Notes: a model not told the origin generated them from the letters alone. Shown: positions 1 through 9,461, numbered from the stretch's first letter. The stretch is 40,022 bases of DNA from an uncultured Pirellulales bacterium (GCA_964582985.1 CAZOUM010000024.1:1-40022); one strand, 5' to 3'. Translations and numbers: made by a program.

Positions 1-231
1 GAAGCTGCGAGAAAGATTTTTCGCAGGCAGACATTGGGACATATCCGACCTGATGAGCGTCCCTTTGCTTGCCCCGCCGGCGGAGGTCTTCTTGCTTTTC
101 TTGCTCCCGGCACGTGATGACGTTGGTATCGTCTGCTGCGCCCGGCTATCGACTGCCGGGGACCCGGCCAACATCGTTCCGGCAACGGTAGTCTTTAGGA
201 AGTCACGCCGGTTAAGTATTACTCGTTTCAT
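1..231 (-). CDS. 5'-partial gene (N-terminus only; continues past window start) encoding a twin-arginine (TAT) signal protein
   Basis: Minus-strand ATG at 231..229 preceded by AAAGGAG-like RBS (235-241, revcomp). My own translation reads MKRVILNRRDFLKTTVAGTMLAGSPAVDSRAQ..., i.e. a canonical RRxFLK TAT motif. The reading frame stays open to position 1. It is absent from the ORF track because no stop occurs in the window. Confidence 0.4.
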   Translation of the reverse strand, partial: MKRVILNRRDFLKTTVAGTMLAGSPAVDSRAQQTIPTSSRAGSKKSKKTSAGGASKGTLIRSDMSQCLPAKNLSRSF

Positions 232-576
232 CGTGGGCTCCTTTTAGTTCTTTGGGTTACTAAGCGGTTGAATTATTTTCCCCTTGAGTCATATCTTGTC
301 CTTTCTAATTAAATTCTAATATACCTGTAAGAACTTAGGATGGATATGGCTCTTTCTAAACTCGTAAGTCATTTTTACAAAAAATTCCGGACGTAATCTG
401 TATATAGCAATATTTTTAGTATTTACTGGCACATTTGCCATATTTTGCACCTCTCCCCAACAAAAAGCCTTCGCCGCCCACAGTTATTGCAAGTGTAATA
501 ATCCCGTTTACCCGGCGCGCGTTGCTTCGTAGTTTCGCTCCAAGCAGCCCGGTATATTCTGCCTGCCGAAGGACGG

Positions 577-1521
577 TCACTTCTCCTGTGCCGTCGCAGC
601 GGATAGCTGTATCAGTTCGAATGCGTTGAGGACTGCATACCCCCCTTTGCGATGGCGCCTGAGGTCGTCACTCTTGCAGCAGCCGCCGGCGTATACGACC
701 ACCAGCGGCGAGCCGTCGGTGGTGAATTCGATAATCGACGGTTTTAGTTCGGCGTCGGTTTTAACCTGCTGGATAACCACGTTTTTTGCCTCCAGCGTTT
801 GCTTAACGTCTCCGGTGCCCTGCTTTCCGGGAACGATGATTTTGTCCTCCGATGTGCCATACGTACTGCCCTTGACCAGGGCATCTGTCCGCCGCCCGAA
901 ATATTCCGTAAGGACCGTCTTCAAAGGATAGACCTTGATTGACGCCATCGGCGGCTCCGGCTCCCTGGTCCCAGAACATTCAACGCCGGTCGGGGCATCG
1001 CCGATGCGGCGGCAGTTGAAGCTGTTGTGGTAGCTCACCAGCCTGTATTTTCCGGCGGGAAGGTCGTAGAACGACAGCAGAACATCGCTGGTGGGATTAT
1101 TGGGGAAATCGGACCCGGCAATCCAGGTATTGCAGAGCGGCTCATGTATCGGTTTCTTTTCAGGCTGAATACCCCCGGCCAGGTACCTTCTCATGCCGGC
1201 CACATACATCGTCATAATGCCCTCGTAGTGGCACGTGACGGCGGCGTGCACACCGCTGCCGGCGATACCCGGCCCACCTTCCGGATACCTTCCCTTACCA
1301 TCCTCCCACGTCAAATCGCTGCGGTAGAAATCCCAGTCCGGAATAACCCAGTGCCACCAGCCATCCTTCGTCGTGCCCGCAATGGGCTTTGGGTCGTCTT
1401 TGCCACTCGGAGCCGCGAAATCGACTTTCAGGTGTAAGAGGCCCGGCTCCACGTCGCCGCTCGTACACCCTGCCATGAAGATAAAAACCATCGTCAACTG
1501 CCATACTACACTGCGTCTCAT
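577..1521 (-). CDS. hypothetical lipoprotein (314 aa)
   Basis: ORF-track ORF. N-terminus MRRSVVWQLTMVFIFMAGCTSG carries a signal peptide plus an M-A-G-C lipobox. No recognisable catalytic motifs. Confidence 0.55.
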   Translation of the reverse strand: MRRSVVWQLTMVFIFMAGCTSGDVEPGLLHLKVDFAAPSGKDDPKPIAGTTKDGWWHWVIPDWDFYRSDLTWEDGKGRYPEGGPGIAGSGVHAAVTCHYEGIMTMYVAGMRRYLAGGIQPEKKPIHEPLCNTWIAGSDFPNNPTSDVLLSFYDLPAGKYRLVSYHNSFNCRRIGDAPTGVECSGTREPEPPMASIKVYPLKTVLTEYFGRRTDALVKGSTYGTSEDKIIVPGKQGTGDVKQTLEAKNVVIQQVKTDAELKPSIIEFTTDGSPLVVVYAGGCCKSDDLRRHRKGGYAVLNAFELIQLSAATAQEK

Positions 1522-1681
1522 AACCTCTCTTCCTTCTTCGCCTTTTTCTTTCTAACCACAGTCTTCCCTGCTGAAACTTACCAGTTTCTGTTTTATTAGC
1601 TTGTCAGAATACACGGCACATATCGGCCAAGTCAAGCAAAATGGTCAGCGACAATTATCCGGCATTTCCCATATACACGCC

Positions 1682-1909
1682 TTAGTAACATCGGTACGCC
1701 TTCCAACTTTCATAAGCTGTCAAAGCAAACAAACCTGTGTCACTGATGACTTTGGTTCCATTAAATTCGAGCTTCAATCTGTGGTCAAAACTGACTCTCA
1801 GAGCATCCTTGCGTCTTTCACCCATTGGCTTCTCCCAATCAGGACAGTCAAAACCGGCTTGAATGGTCTCCACAGGCTCTGTACTATCAAAATCCTGTTC
1901 TTTTATCAC
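1682..1909 (-). pseudogene. possible remnant of an IS1380-family transposase N-terminus (75-aa fragment)
   Basis: The translation ...LKLEFNGTKVISDTGLFALTAY... resembles the conserved N-terminal motif of IS1380-family TnpA (ISEcp1: KIDFKAKNLTSNAGLFLLLE). The ORF stops about 20 aa later whereas a full-length TnpA is about 450 aa. It lies in the divergent intergenic region between two host genes. The call is from memory of the family motif only. Confidence 0.25.
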
Positions 1910-2011
1910 CCGTTACCTGGCAAATCCGGGCTTAGAAATTGCCAGCGGCCCCAAAACCTGCTATAAAAGTTGCTTGGTTGATATGTTACTTTGCCAGGCA
2001 AATCTTCAAAT

Positions 2012-3361
2012 ATGGAAAGTGGAAAAAACACAAACACAGGCAAACTGAACCGCCGTAACTTCTTAAAAACCTCGGCCGTCACCGCATTGGGGGCAGCTTC
2101 GGTGTTACCCCAGATAGTCCCATCGAGCGTGTTTGCCGCCAACACGCCAGGCAATCGCATCACGATTGGCTGCATCGGCGTAGGACGTATGGGACTCGGT
2201 GATATGCGCCAAATCTTGGGTTTCGACTACACCCAGGTTGTTGCCGTGTGCGATGTTGACTCAAACAGACTCGACTATGCCCGCCAGAAAGTCCAAGACC
2301 ATTACGCCGCCCGGAGCACCCACGGAACCTACAAAGGATGTGCGACATATAAAGATTTCAGAGACCTCCTCGACCGCAAGGATATCGACGCAGTTTTGAT
2401 TTGTACTCCTGACCACTGGCACGCGCTGCCCGCTATCGCCGCGGCCAAGGCCGGCAAGGACATCTTCATAGAAAAACCGCTGACCCTCACTGTTCAGGAA
2501 GGACGCATATTGAGCGACACCGTCCGCCGCTATGGCCGCATCTTACAGGTCGGCAGCCAGCAGCGCTCCGATTCAAGGTTTCGTTTTGCCTGCGAGCTGG
2601 TCCGCAATGGTCGCATCGGCAAGCTGCACACCGTAAAAGTCGGCCTGCCCATCGACCCCGGTACTGAGCCCCAGGCGTCAATGCCAATCCCAAAACAGCT
2701 CGATTACCAAATGTGGCTCGGCCCCACCCCATGGGCCGAATATACCGAGAAGCGCGTCCACCCCCGGGAAGGCTACGGCAGACCGGGATGGCTGCGCATC
2801 TCCGATTACTGCTGCGGAATGATTACGGGTTGGGGCTCACATCACATCGACATCGCCCAATGGGGTATGGCGGCCGAACATACCGGCCCAATCGAAGTAG
2901 AAGGCTGGGCCCAATATCCCAGGGACGGCCTCTGGAACGTCCACGGCAAGTTCCGCATCGAGTACACTTATGCCAACGGCGTCAAGCTCATCTGCGCGGA
3001 AAACACAAAGAACAAACAAGGCATTCTCTTCGAAGGAACAGATGGCTGGGTCTATGTCAAACGCAGAGTGATTGATGCGCAGCCAAAATCACTGTTGACC
3101 TCGCAAATCAGTCCGACTGAAATACGGCTTTACAAAAGCAGCAATCATAAACAGAACTTTCTTGATTGTATCAGAACGCGCTCTGAAACAGTCGCGCCCG
3201 TTGAAATCGGCCATCGCTCCAACACCGTTTGTCTCCTCGGTTACATTGCAATGCTCCTCGGCCGAAAGCTAAAATGGGACCCGAAAAAAGAACGATTCAC
3301 TAACGACCAGGAGGCCAATCGCATGCTCTCCAGACCAATGCGCAGCCCCTGGAGTCTATGA
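2012..3361 (+). CDS. Gfo/Idh/MocA-family NAD(P)-dependent oxidoreductase with TAT signal peptide
   Basis: ATG at 2012 (the ORF-track start at 1991 is a TTG). NRRNFLKTSAVTALGAASV is a TAT motif. A Rossmann IGCIGVGRMG motif and a CTPDHWHALPAIAAAKAGKDIFIEKPLT motif are typical of the family. Confidence 0.85.
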   Translation: MESGKNTNTGKLNRRNFLKTSAVTALGAASVLPQIVPSSVFAANTPGNRITIGCIGVGRMGLGDMRQILGFDYTQVVAVCDVDSNRLDYARQKVQDHYAARSTHGTYKGCATYKDFRDLLDRKDIDAVLICTPDHWHALPAIAAAKAGKDIFIEKPLTLTVQEGRILSDTVRRYGRILQVGSQQRSDSRFRFACELVRNGRIGKLHTVKVGLPIDPGTEPQASMPIPKQLDYQMWLGPTPWAEYTEKRVHPREGYGRPGWLRISDYCCGMITGWGSHHIDIAQWGMAAEHTGPIEVEGWAQYPRDGLWNVHGKFRIEYTYANGVKLICAENTKNKQGILFEGTDGWVYVKRRVIDAQPKSLLTSQISPTEIRLYKSSNHKQNFLDCIRTRSETVAPVEIGHRSNTVCLLGYIAMLLGRKLKWDPKKERFTNDQEANRMLSRPMRSPWSL

Positions 3362-3389
3362 TAAAAAATCAAATATAAGGAGAACTCGA

Positions 3390-4571
3390 ATGAATAAGAA
3401 AACCGTTCGCACCGGATTAGTCGGCGCGGGCTTCTCCGCAAAATTTCACTTTGAAGCCGTAAATAAGCTCTATGGAACTCAAGCACAGGTCCTCGGAGTC
3501 TACTGCCGCACAAAACAAACCCGCGAAGCCTTCGCGAAAAAACGCGGCATCCAGGCCTTCGACACTCTTGAGGCCCTGCTCGATAAAGTCGACGTCGTCC
3601 ACGTCTGCACTGCCCCCGTCTCGCACGAACCAATCGCAATCGCTGCCCTCGAGCGTGACAAGTTCGCCATAGTGGAAAAACCGCTGACCGGCTTTTTCGG
3701 TGACGGCTCGGAAGATTTCAACGGTGAAACCTTCCCCAAACAACAGGTCCTTGACCACGCTCTGGCCAGTATTGAGCGAATGCTTGACGCCGAAAAAAAC
3801 AGCAAAGGCAAAATCCTTTATGCAGAAAACTGGGTCTATGCGCCTTCCATTCAGAAGGAGCGCGAGATTATCGAAAAGACCGGCGCGCAGGTACTATGGA
3901 TGCATGGCGAGGAAGCGCATTCCGGCTCGCACGCAACAACCTACGGCTACTGGAAATTCTCCGGCGGCGGCGTAATGCTCAGCAAAGGATGTCACCCCCT
4001 CACCGGCGCACTTTATCTAAAGCGCGCCGAGGGCAAGGCACGAAACAAAAAGCCAATCCGACCAAAAACCGTCTCGGCCCGCATTCACGCCTTGACCCGA
4101 ATGAAAAACTTTCGGGACGAGGGACACATTCGCGCCAACTACCACGACATAGACGATTTCTCCATCATGCATCTTGTCTTCGAGGACGGCACCGTCGCCG
4201 ACATCGTCGCTTCCGACATTCTTATCGGAGGCATTCATAACTGGATTGAGGTCGCTGCAAACAACCATCGCACCATTTGCAACATCAACCCAAACACAGC
4301 TATGCAGACCTATAACCCCGTCGATGAGAATTTCAAGGACATATACGTTGTCGAAAAGACCGGCACCAAGCAGGGCTGGTCCACGCCCTCACCCGATGAG
4401 GACTGGTTCACAGGTTACCCACAGGAAATAGAAGCCTTCTATCGCACCGTCGCCTACGGCGAACCCGTCGAAAGTGACAGCCGCCTTGCCGCAGACTGCA
4501 TCTCGACAATCTACAGCGCGTATGTCTCAGCCGAAAAGGCCGGCGCAGAGGTCCCAATAAAAGTCTTTTGA
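3390..4571 (+). CDS. Gfo/Idh/MocA-family oxidoreductase (cytoplasmic paralog type)
   Basis: RBS AAGGAGAAC lies 8 nt upstream. Motifs GLVGAGFSAKFH ... VCTAPVSHEPIAIAALERDKFAIVEKPLTG are present. There is no signal peptide. Confidence 0.85.
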   Translation: MNKKTVRTGLVGAGFSAKFHFEAVNKLYGTQAQVLGVYCRTKQTREAFAKKRGIQAFDTLEALLDKVDVVHVCTAPVSHEPIAIAALERDKFAIVEKPLTGFFGDGSEDFNGETFPKQQVLDHALASIERMLDAEKNSKGKILYAENWVYAPSIQKEREIIEKTGAQVLWMHGEEAHSGSHATTYGYWKFSGGGVMLSKGCHPLTGALYLKRAEGKARNKKPIRPKTVSARIHALTRMKNFRDEGHIRANYHDIDDFSIMHLVFEDGTVADIVASDILIGGIHNWIEVAANNHRTICNINPNTAMQTYNPVDENFKDIYVVEKTGTKQGWSTPSPDEDWFTGYPQEIEAFYRTVAYGEPVESDSRLAADCISTIYSAYVSAEKAGAEVPIKVF

Positions 4572-4597
4572 AAACCACACGAGACAAGAGTGCTTCT

Positions 4598-6295
4598 ATG
4601 GACATTCAAAAAGATCGCCAGCTGTTAACACAGGCAAAAGAAAAGGGCCGAGCTGCTACACTCTCGGCATATATAAAACTATCTGGCCCCGGCTGGCTCC
4701 AAAGCGCAATCACCCTTGGCGGCGGCTCTCTGGCCTCCAGTCTCTATCTCGGCGTACTCGCCGGCTTCAGCCTCCTCTGGCTCCAGCCTCTGGCAATGAT
4801 TCTCGGCATCGTCATGCTAAGCGCCATCGCCTACGTGACACTATCCACGGGCGAGCGTCCCTTTCGCGCCATCAACCAGCACGTCAACCCCGTCCTTGGC
4901 TGGGGCTGGCTCATCGCCACAATGATGGCAAACCTCGTATGGTCCATGCCCCAGTTCGCACTCGGCACCGCAGCGATTCAGCAAAACCTCTTGAAGGACC
5001 TGGTCGGCACAGAAGCAATGCCCCAGCCATGGGGCAAAGTCATTGTCGCCTCCGCAATCCTCATCATCTGCGTTGTTGTAGTGCTGCTGTACAACAGCGG
5101 CGGCTGGGGTGTGAAAGCCTTCAGACTCATCATTAAACTAATGGTCGCAATAATAGTCGTCTGCTTCTTCGGCGTCGTCGTTAAGATGACCATTGCAGGA
5201 GTCCTGGACTGGGGCCGGATTCTCCACGGCCTTGTACCCGACCTGCGCTTGCTCCTCTCGCCGGCAAAAACCTTTGAGCCGTTCATCGCCGCCGTGGACT
5301 CCCGCTACCAAGCATTCTGGACAAACCTCATCGTCGGCCAGCAGCGCGATGTTATGATTAGCGCCGCCTCTGCCGCTGTTGGTATCAACATGACATTCAT
5401 GCTGCCTTACTCAATGTTAAGACGCGGATGGGGCAAAGATTTCCGCGGCCTCGCCATCTTTGACCTCGGCACCGGACTGTTCATACCTTTTATCCTCGCA
5501 ACCAGCTGCGTCATTATCGCTTCAGCCGCACAATTCCACACCCGCCCTGCTGCCGGTTTTCTCAAAGAAACCGATAATAACGGTGTCGCCATCCAGCCTG
5601 CAAAAAACCTCGCCGACAAGTACAAAGCAATCACCGCCGCACGCATCAAGTACGAAGTTGGCAATGATACTTTCGCAGGCCTAAGTAATAAGGAAAAAAC
5701 AACACTGGCGGATACTTTGCCCGTCCCCGAAAAACGCCTGGCGGCTATGCTCGTAAAACGCGATGCATTCAATCTTGCCCGGTCCCTGTCGCCACTAACC
5801 GGAGACATGTTCGCACATTACGTCTTCGGAATCGGCGTCGTCGGAATGGCCGTCTCCAGCATCATTATGCTAATGCTCATCAACGGTTTCGTCATATGTG
5901 AAATGCAGGGCATCGAATCCAAAGGCTGGTCCTACCGCCTCGGCTGCCTCGCGCCCTGCATCGGCGTCCTCGGCCCCTTCATCTGGACCGGCGGAAAAGC
6001 TCAGTTCTGGCTCGCCGTCCCTACCTCTATGTTCGCTATGGTCCTGCTGCCGATTGCCTATTTCACCTTTTATCTCCTGATGAACCAAAAAAGTCTCCTC
6101 GGTGACAATATGCCCCACGGCCCCAAACGTCTCGCCTGGAATATCTTAATGGCAGTCGCCGCCGGCCTCGCATCCTTCGGCTGTATATGGACCCTTTGGT
6201 CCAAGTTCAGATGGCTCGGAATCTCACTAATTGTCGCATTCGTCGCGTTGGCTTTGTTCGTCCACTTCATTCGCTCCGCAAGACAGAGACTATGA
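4598..6295 (+). CDS. polytopic membrane transporter, divergent NRAMP-like family (lacks the canonical DPGN metal-binding motif)
   Basis: At least 10 hydrophobic segments. GPGWLQSAITLGGGS..AGFSLLWL...G..TG resembles the NRAMP/MntH TM1-TM2 signature (GPGFL..DPGN..AGFKLLW), but DPGN is replaced by LGGGS. An alternative TTG start at 4568 overlaps the upstream stop (TTGA) and would imply translational coupling. Confidence 0.55.
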   Translation: MDIQKDRQLLTQAKEKGRAATLSAYIKLSGPGWLQSAITLGGGSLASSLYLGVLAGFSLLWLQPLAMILGIVMLSAIAYVTLSTGERPFRAINQHVNPVLGWGWLIATMMANLVWSMPQFALGTAAIQQNLLKDLVGTEAMPQPWGKVIVASAILIICVVVVLLYNSGGWGVKAFRLIIKLMVAIIVVCFFGVVVKMTIAGVLDWGRILHGLVPDLRLLLSPAKTFEPFIAAVDSRYQAFWTNLIVGQQRDVMISAASAAVGINMTFMLPYSMLRRGWGKDFRGLAIFDLGTGLFIPFILATSCVIIASAAQFHTRPAAGFLKETDNNGVAIQPAKNLADKYKAITAARIKYEVGNDTFAGLSNKEKTTLADTLPVPEKRLAAMLVKRDAFNLARSLSPLTGDMFAHYVFGIGVVGMAVSSIIMLMLINGFVICEMQGIESKGWSYRLGCLAPCIGVLGPFIWTGGKAQFWLAVPTSMFAMVLLPIAYFTFYLLMNQKSLLGDNMPHGPKRLAWNILMAVAAGLASFGCIWTLWSKFRWLGISLIVAFVALALFVHFIRSARQRL

Positions 6296-7329
6296 CAGAA
6301 GAGCAGTGGAACAAACTAATAGATGTCATCAACGGCAAAGTTGTCAAACCCCTTCCCTTCGGCTTCATAATCGACAGTCCCTGGCTCCCCTCCTGGTCCG
6401 GCATCTCTATAACGGACTACTTCTCTAATGAGCAGATGTGGTTCGAAGCCAACCTCAAGGCCGTCCGCCGATTCCCTAATATTATTTTCCTGCCCGGCTT
6501 CTGGGCCGAGTTCGGAATGTGCACAGAACCTTCTGCCTTTGGCGCAAAGTGCTCCTGGCCCGAAAACGAATTGCCCTTCCCCGCCAAACTCATCACCGAT
6601 ATCAAAGATGTGCACCGACACTCCAAGCCGGACCCAAAGACGGATGGTTTACCGCCGTCTGTCCTCAACCGCCTCAAGCATTACCAACACCAGATCGAGC
6701 AGGCCGGCCACTCCATCAAATTCGCCGTCTCACGCGGCTCGTTAAACGTCGCCTCCTTTCTGCTCGGCACCACAGAGTTCCTCACATCCATTCGAACCAA
6801 TCCCAATGAAACTCAAAAACTGCTCGCGACCGTAACCGATTTCATCATCGACTGGCTCCAACTCCAGGCCGAAACCTTCCCGTCCATCGACGGCATATTC
6901 ATCCTTGATGACATCGTCGGCCTGCTCGGAGACTATGACTTCAAACAAACGGCATTACCTTACCTGTCCCGAATCTTCCAATCCTTTGATGTCACGGTCA
7001 AGTTCTTCCACAACGATGCCAACGGCCTGATTTGCGCACCATATCTGCCGGAAATCGGCGTCAATCTATTTAATTTCAGTTCCGACCACACCCTCCCGGA
7101 GATGAAGAAACTCACTAACAACGCCGTCACTCTGCTCGGCAGCATCCCCCCACGCGATGTCCTTGCCGCCGGAACGCCCCAGCAGGTCCGCGAAAGTGTC
7201 AAAGCGGCCCTCGATTCGCTGGATGATAAAACGCGTATTATCCTCTCCTGCGGCGGCGGCATGCCCCCACACGTCCCCACAGAAAACATCGACGCCTTCC
7301 TCTCAGCCGCTGCAATAGAACAAGATTGA
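6292..7329 (+). CDS. uroporphyrinogen decarboxylase (URO-D)-family protein (MtaA/CmuA-like methyltransferase or decarboxylase family)
   Basis: ATG at 6292 forms an ATGA overlap with the stop of the transporter gene. The ORF-track start at 6187 would overlap the transporter by 108 nt. The sequence MTEEQWNKLIDVINGKVVKPLPFGFIIDSPWLPSW...GMPPHVPTENIDAF is typical of URO-D-like family members. Confidence 0.7.
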   Translation: MTEEQWNKLIDVINGKVVKPLPFGFIIDSPWLPSWSGISITDYFSNEQMWFEANLKAVRRFPNIIFLPGFWAEFGMCTEPSAFGAKCSWPENELPFPAKLITDIKDVHRHSKPDPKTDGLPPSVLNRLKHYQHQIEQAGHSIKFAVSRGSLNVASFLLGTTEFLTSIRTNPNETQKLLATVTDFIIDWLQLQAETFPSIDGIFILDDIVGLLGDYDFKQTALPYLSRIFQSFDVTVKFFHNDANGLICAPYLPEIGVNLFNFSSDHTLPEMKKLTNNAVTLLGSIPPRDVLAAGTPQQVRESVKAALDSLDDKTRIILSCGGGMPPHVPTENIDAFLSAAAIEQD

Positions 7330-7423
7330 CCTTAATCTTCTTGCAATCTTCACTCCGTGGATGTAAAGTGGTTTATTGTCTGAAGTTCATAGCTCGTAAA
7401 TCCGAAATCTATTACGGGCTCAT

Positions 7424-7494
7424 TGGGGAATAGTGTAACGGTAGCACGACTGACTCTGGATCAGTTAGTCCAGGTCCGAATCCTGGTTCCCCAG
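7424..7494 (+). tRNA. tRNA-Gln (anticodon CUG)
   Basis: Hand-folded cloverleaf. Acceptor stem TGGGGAA/TTCCCCA carries the U1:A72 pair and G73 discriminator characteristic of bacterial tRNA-Gln. U8 is present. D-stem is GTGT/GCAC with a GG in the loop. Anticodon stem is ACTGA/TCAGT with loop CTCTGGA (U33, CTG). T-stem is CCAGG/CCTGG with loop TCCGAAT (position 55 is C, which is atypical). No encoded CCA. Confidence 0.75.
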
Positions 7495-7570
7495 ATGCGA
7501 TTCACAAGATGCTAATCGCCGCCAGCATTTCGTCGAATCCCTACTGGCCGCGGAACATAGGAAGCAAGAA

Positions 7571-8251
7571 ATGGCATTCGGTAAGTTAAAATCTATTAGC
7601 CCTTGGCTGATTTCTCTATGGACTTTGGCTTTGTTCCTCTTTTCCGGTTGCGGCAAGTCTCCGGCCACGCAGCGTGAAGAGTTGGAACGTGAAATCAGCA
7701 TAGGATTTTGTGAGAAATTATTGGCAAATCCTCAGGTATCAAAAGAGATAAAGTCTCGTGCCGAATCAGTCCTGCAGAAAAGAAAGGATGATTATTCGGA
7801 CCCAGAACCTATACTCATATACGCTGTATTCGTGGAAACTGAATATAGGCCGCCTAAGCACCCTGTTTATCTTGCTGTAGGGCTATCAGACGAAGATGGT
7901 GATATAGCTGGCATAGGCATAAGGGAACGTCATTTGCAGCCAAACGGTCAGACAATGATAATCGAAGAGATGTATCCGATCTTCTGTTATGGCGAATCAC
8001 AAAGGTTTGCTTGTATTCTGTCTGTTCCCGTTGTAATTCGAAAGGAAGGTGAACGGAAGAACGAACAATTCTGGCAAAAATACTTGGAGCGAGGAGTGTT
8101 CGACGAAAAGTTAATGCCTAATATTTGGATCTCTACCCCCCAACCGGGCAAAGTAGATGTGCAAGTATGGATTTACGACCACTCCGGCCACAACAGTCAA
8201 CCAGTGCGTCTTGAGAGTATTTTGAGCTCTGCCCCCGACCCGAATGAATGA
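7571..8251 (+). CDS. hypothetical lipoprotein (226 aa)
   Basis: Signal peptide with lipobox LFLFSGCGKS. GC is lower than in neighbouring genes. Confidence 0.55.
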   Translation: MAFGKLKSISPWLISLWTLALFLFSGCGKSPATQREELEREISIGFCEKLLANPQVSKEIKSRAESVLQKRKDDYSDPEPILIYAVFVETEYRPPKHPVYLAVGLSDEDGDIAGIGIRERHLQPNGQTMIIEEMYPIFCYGESQRFACILSVPVVIRKEGERKNEQFWQKYLERGVFDEKLMPNIWISTPQPGKVDVQVWIYDHSGHNSQPVRLESILSSAPDPNE

Positions 8252-8360
8252 CCGAAGACCAAAGAGAGATTCCAGCTATCGAGAAACACCTCAGCTTCAA
8301 TAAGACAACATCTTTTCCCCTATCAAGCCTCATTCTTTCGCTGTCAATCGCCTGCTTCCA

Positions 8361-8389
8361 TTGACGCCTTCGCGCTGAGCAACTACAAT
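8361..8389 (+). promoter_or_regulatory. sigma70-like promoter (TTGACG-17-TACAAT) upstream of the M48 peptidase gene
   Basis: TTGACG 8361-8366, 17-nt spacer, TACAAT 8384-8389. A GTCAAT-N11-ATTGAC inverted repeat overlaps the -35 region. Confidence 0.35.
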
Positions 8390-8433
8390 AGACTCTCAGT
8401 CACAAGAGACAGATAACGGTGAGAGAATACATT

Positions 8434-9162
8434 ATGAGCGGCTTATTTTACAATCTCGGCAAGAAGCTCGGCCCAAAGGTCCGCAAGGCCAAATGGCTCT
8501 GGCAATCAATAGCCGGAACCGAAGCTGACGCCATCCGCGTCGAGCACGAGGTCGGCCGCGACCTGGCACGTGAAATAAAACGCCAGTTGGAGCTCGACCC
8601 GGAACCGAAGGCCGCCCATACCATCCGGCAAATCGGCGCCAAACTCACCGCCTGCGTTGCAGACCGGCGACGTAAATTCGACTTCGAAATCGTCAAAGGC
8701 CCTGAGCCAAACGCCTTCGCTCTGCCCGGCGGATTCATCTTCGTCACCCGCTCGCTTCTGGAGCTTTGCCAACGGGACCAGGACGAGCTTGCCTTCATCA
8801 TCGGACACGAAATGGCCCACGTCATCCGGGGTCACGCCATGGACCGCTTCATCAGCAACTCGGCAATCGCCATCGGCTCCATAGCGGCACCCGTTCGCGG
8901 ACTCATCGCCCGCTGGTTGCGCACAGTAGGCGTCAAGTTCCTTGAAAGCGCATACTCCCAGGACCTCGAGCTTGAGGCCGACAACCTTGGCGCACGCCTG
9001 ACCGCCGCCGCCGGCTATGACCCTAAAGCCCCTGCACAATTACTCTCACGCCTGGCCAAACTTGCCCGCCCTGCCAATCAATCCGGCCTCGGCAGCTATT
9101 TCTCATCTCACCCCGCCTTCGACCTCCGTATCGAACGGGTCAACCGCCTGCTGAACCGGTAA
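8434..9162 (+). CDS. M48-family zinc metallopeptidase (Ste24/HtpX-like fold)
   Basis: HEMAHVIRGH contains the HExxH zinc motif. RBS GGTGAGAG lies upstream of the ATG at 8434. The ORF-track start at 8419 is a GTG, 5 codons upstream. Confidence 0.8.
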   Translation: MSGLFYNLGKKLGPKVRKAKWLWQSIAGTEADAIRVEHEVGRDLAREIKRQLELDPEPKAAHTIRQIGAKLTACVADRRRKFDFEIVKGPEPNAFALPGGFIFVTRSLLELCQRDQDELAFIIGHEMAHVIRGHAMDRFISNSAIAIGSIAAPVRGLIARWLRTVGVKFLESAYSQDLELEADNLGARLTAAAGYDPKAPAQLLSRLAKLARPANQSGLGSYFSSHPAFDLRIERVNRLLNR

Positions 9163-9362
9163 CGCCGCTGATGCGACAATTACACAGAAAACATCGAATG
9201 CTGGCCCCAATGGACGACCGTTTGCAGACCATATGACCCTCTTACAACGGCCCCTGCCCGCCTCTTCGGTGCGGTGATAGTGAGGAAGTCAGACCGATTC
9301 AAAGTAACAAATGTTTGCAGTACAAGTTGGAATCAGATAGTCGATTTGAGCTAAAGAAGATA

Positions 9363-9391
9363 TTGACAAGTATTACTTTTACTGGGATAAT
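9363..9391 (+). promoter_or_regulatory. near-consensus sigma70 promoter (TTGACA-17-GATAAT)
   Basis: TTGACA 9363-9368, exact 17-nt spacer, GATAAT 9386-9391. It lies about 70 nt upstream of the small acidic ORF and the flotillin gene. Confidence 0.45.
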
Positions 9392-9461
9392 GACAACTGT
9401 TTTACTGTACGTAAGGATATTGAAAGTTAAGTTTATTTATTTGTGAAAGGAGATGAATCGT

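Noticed and set aside
53-247. Plus-strand 64-aa ORF at the window start
   Set aside because: It lies antisense to a better-supported minus-strand gene start (TAT motif RRDFLK with an RBS at 231), so it is a shadow ORF.
1027-1437. 136-aa plus-strand ORF (and 1295..1504 minus, 626..931 plus)
   Set aside because: Completely embedded in or antisense to the 577..1521 lipoprotein gene. High-GC shadow frames with no RBS or motifs.
1601-1966. 121-aa plus-strand ORF in the divergent intergenic region
   Set aside because: It overlaps the antisense of the transposase-like remnant. There is no RBS and it is low complexity.
6187-6291. Long upstream extension of the URO-D-like ORF (ORF-track start 6187)
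   Set aside because: It would overlap the transporter gene by 108 nt. The ATG at 6292 forms a standard ATGA stop/start overlap and matches where family members begin.
8506-9039. 177-aa and 125-aa minus-strand ORFs inside the M48 peptidase gene
   Set aside because: They lie antisense to a gene carrying a clear HExxH motif. Ala/Gly-rich shadow frames are typical of GC-rich DNA.
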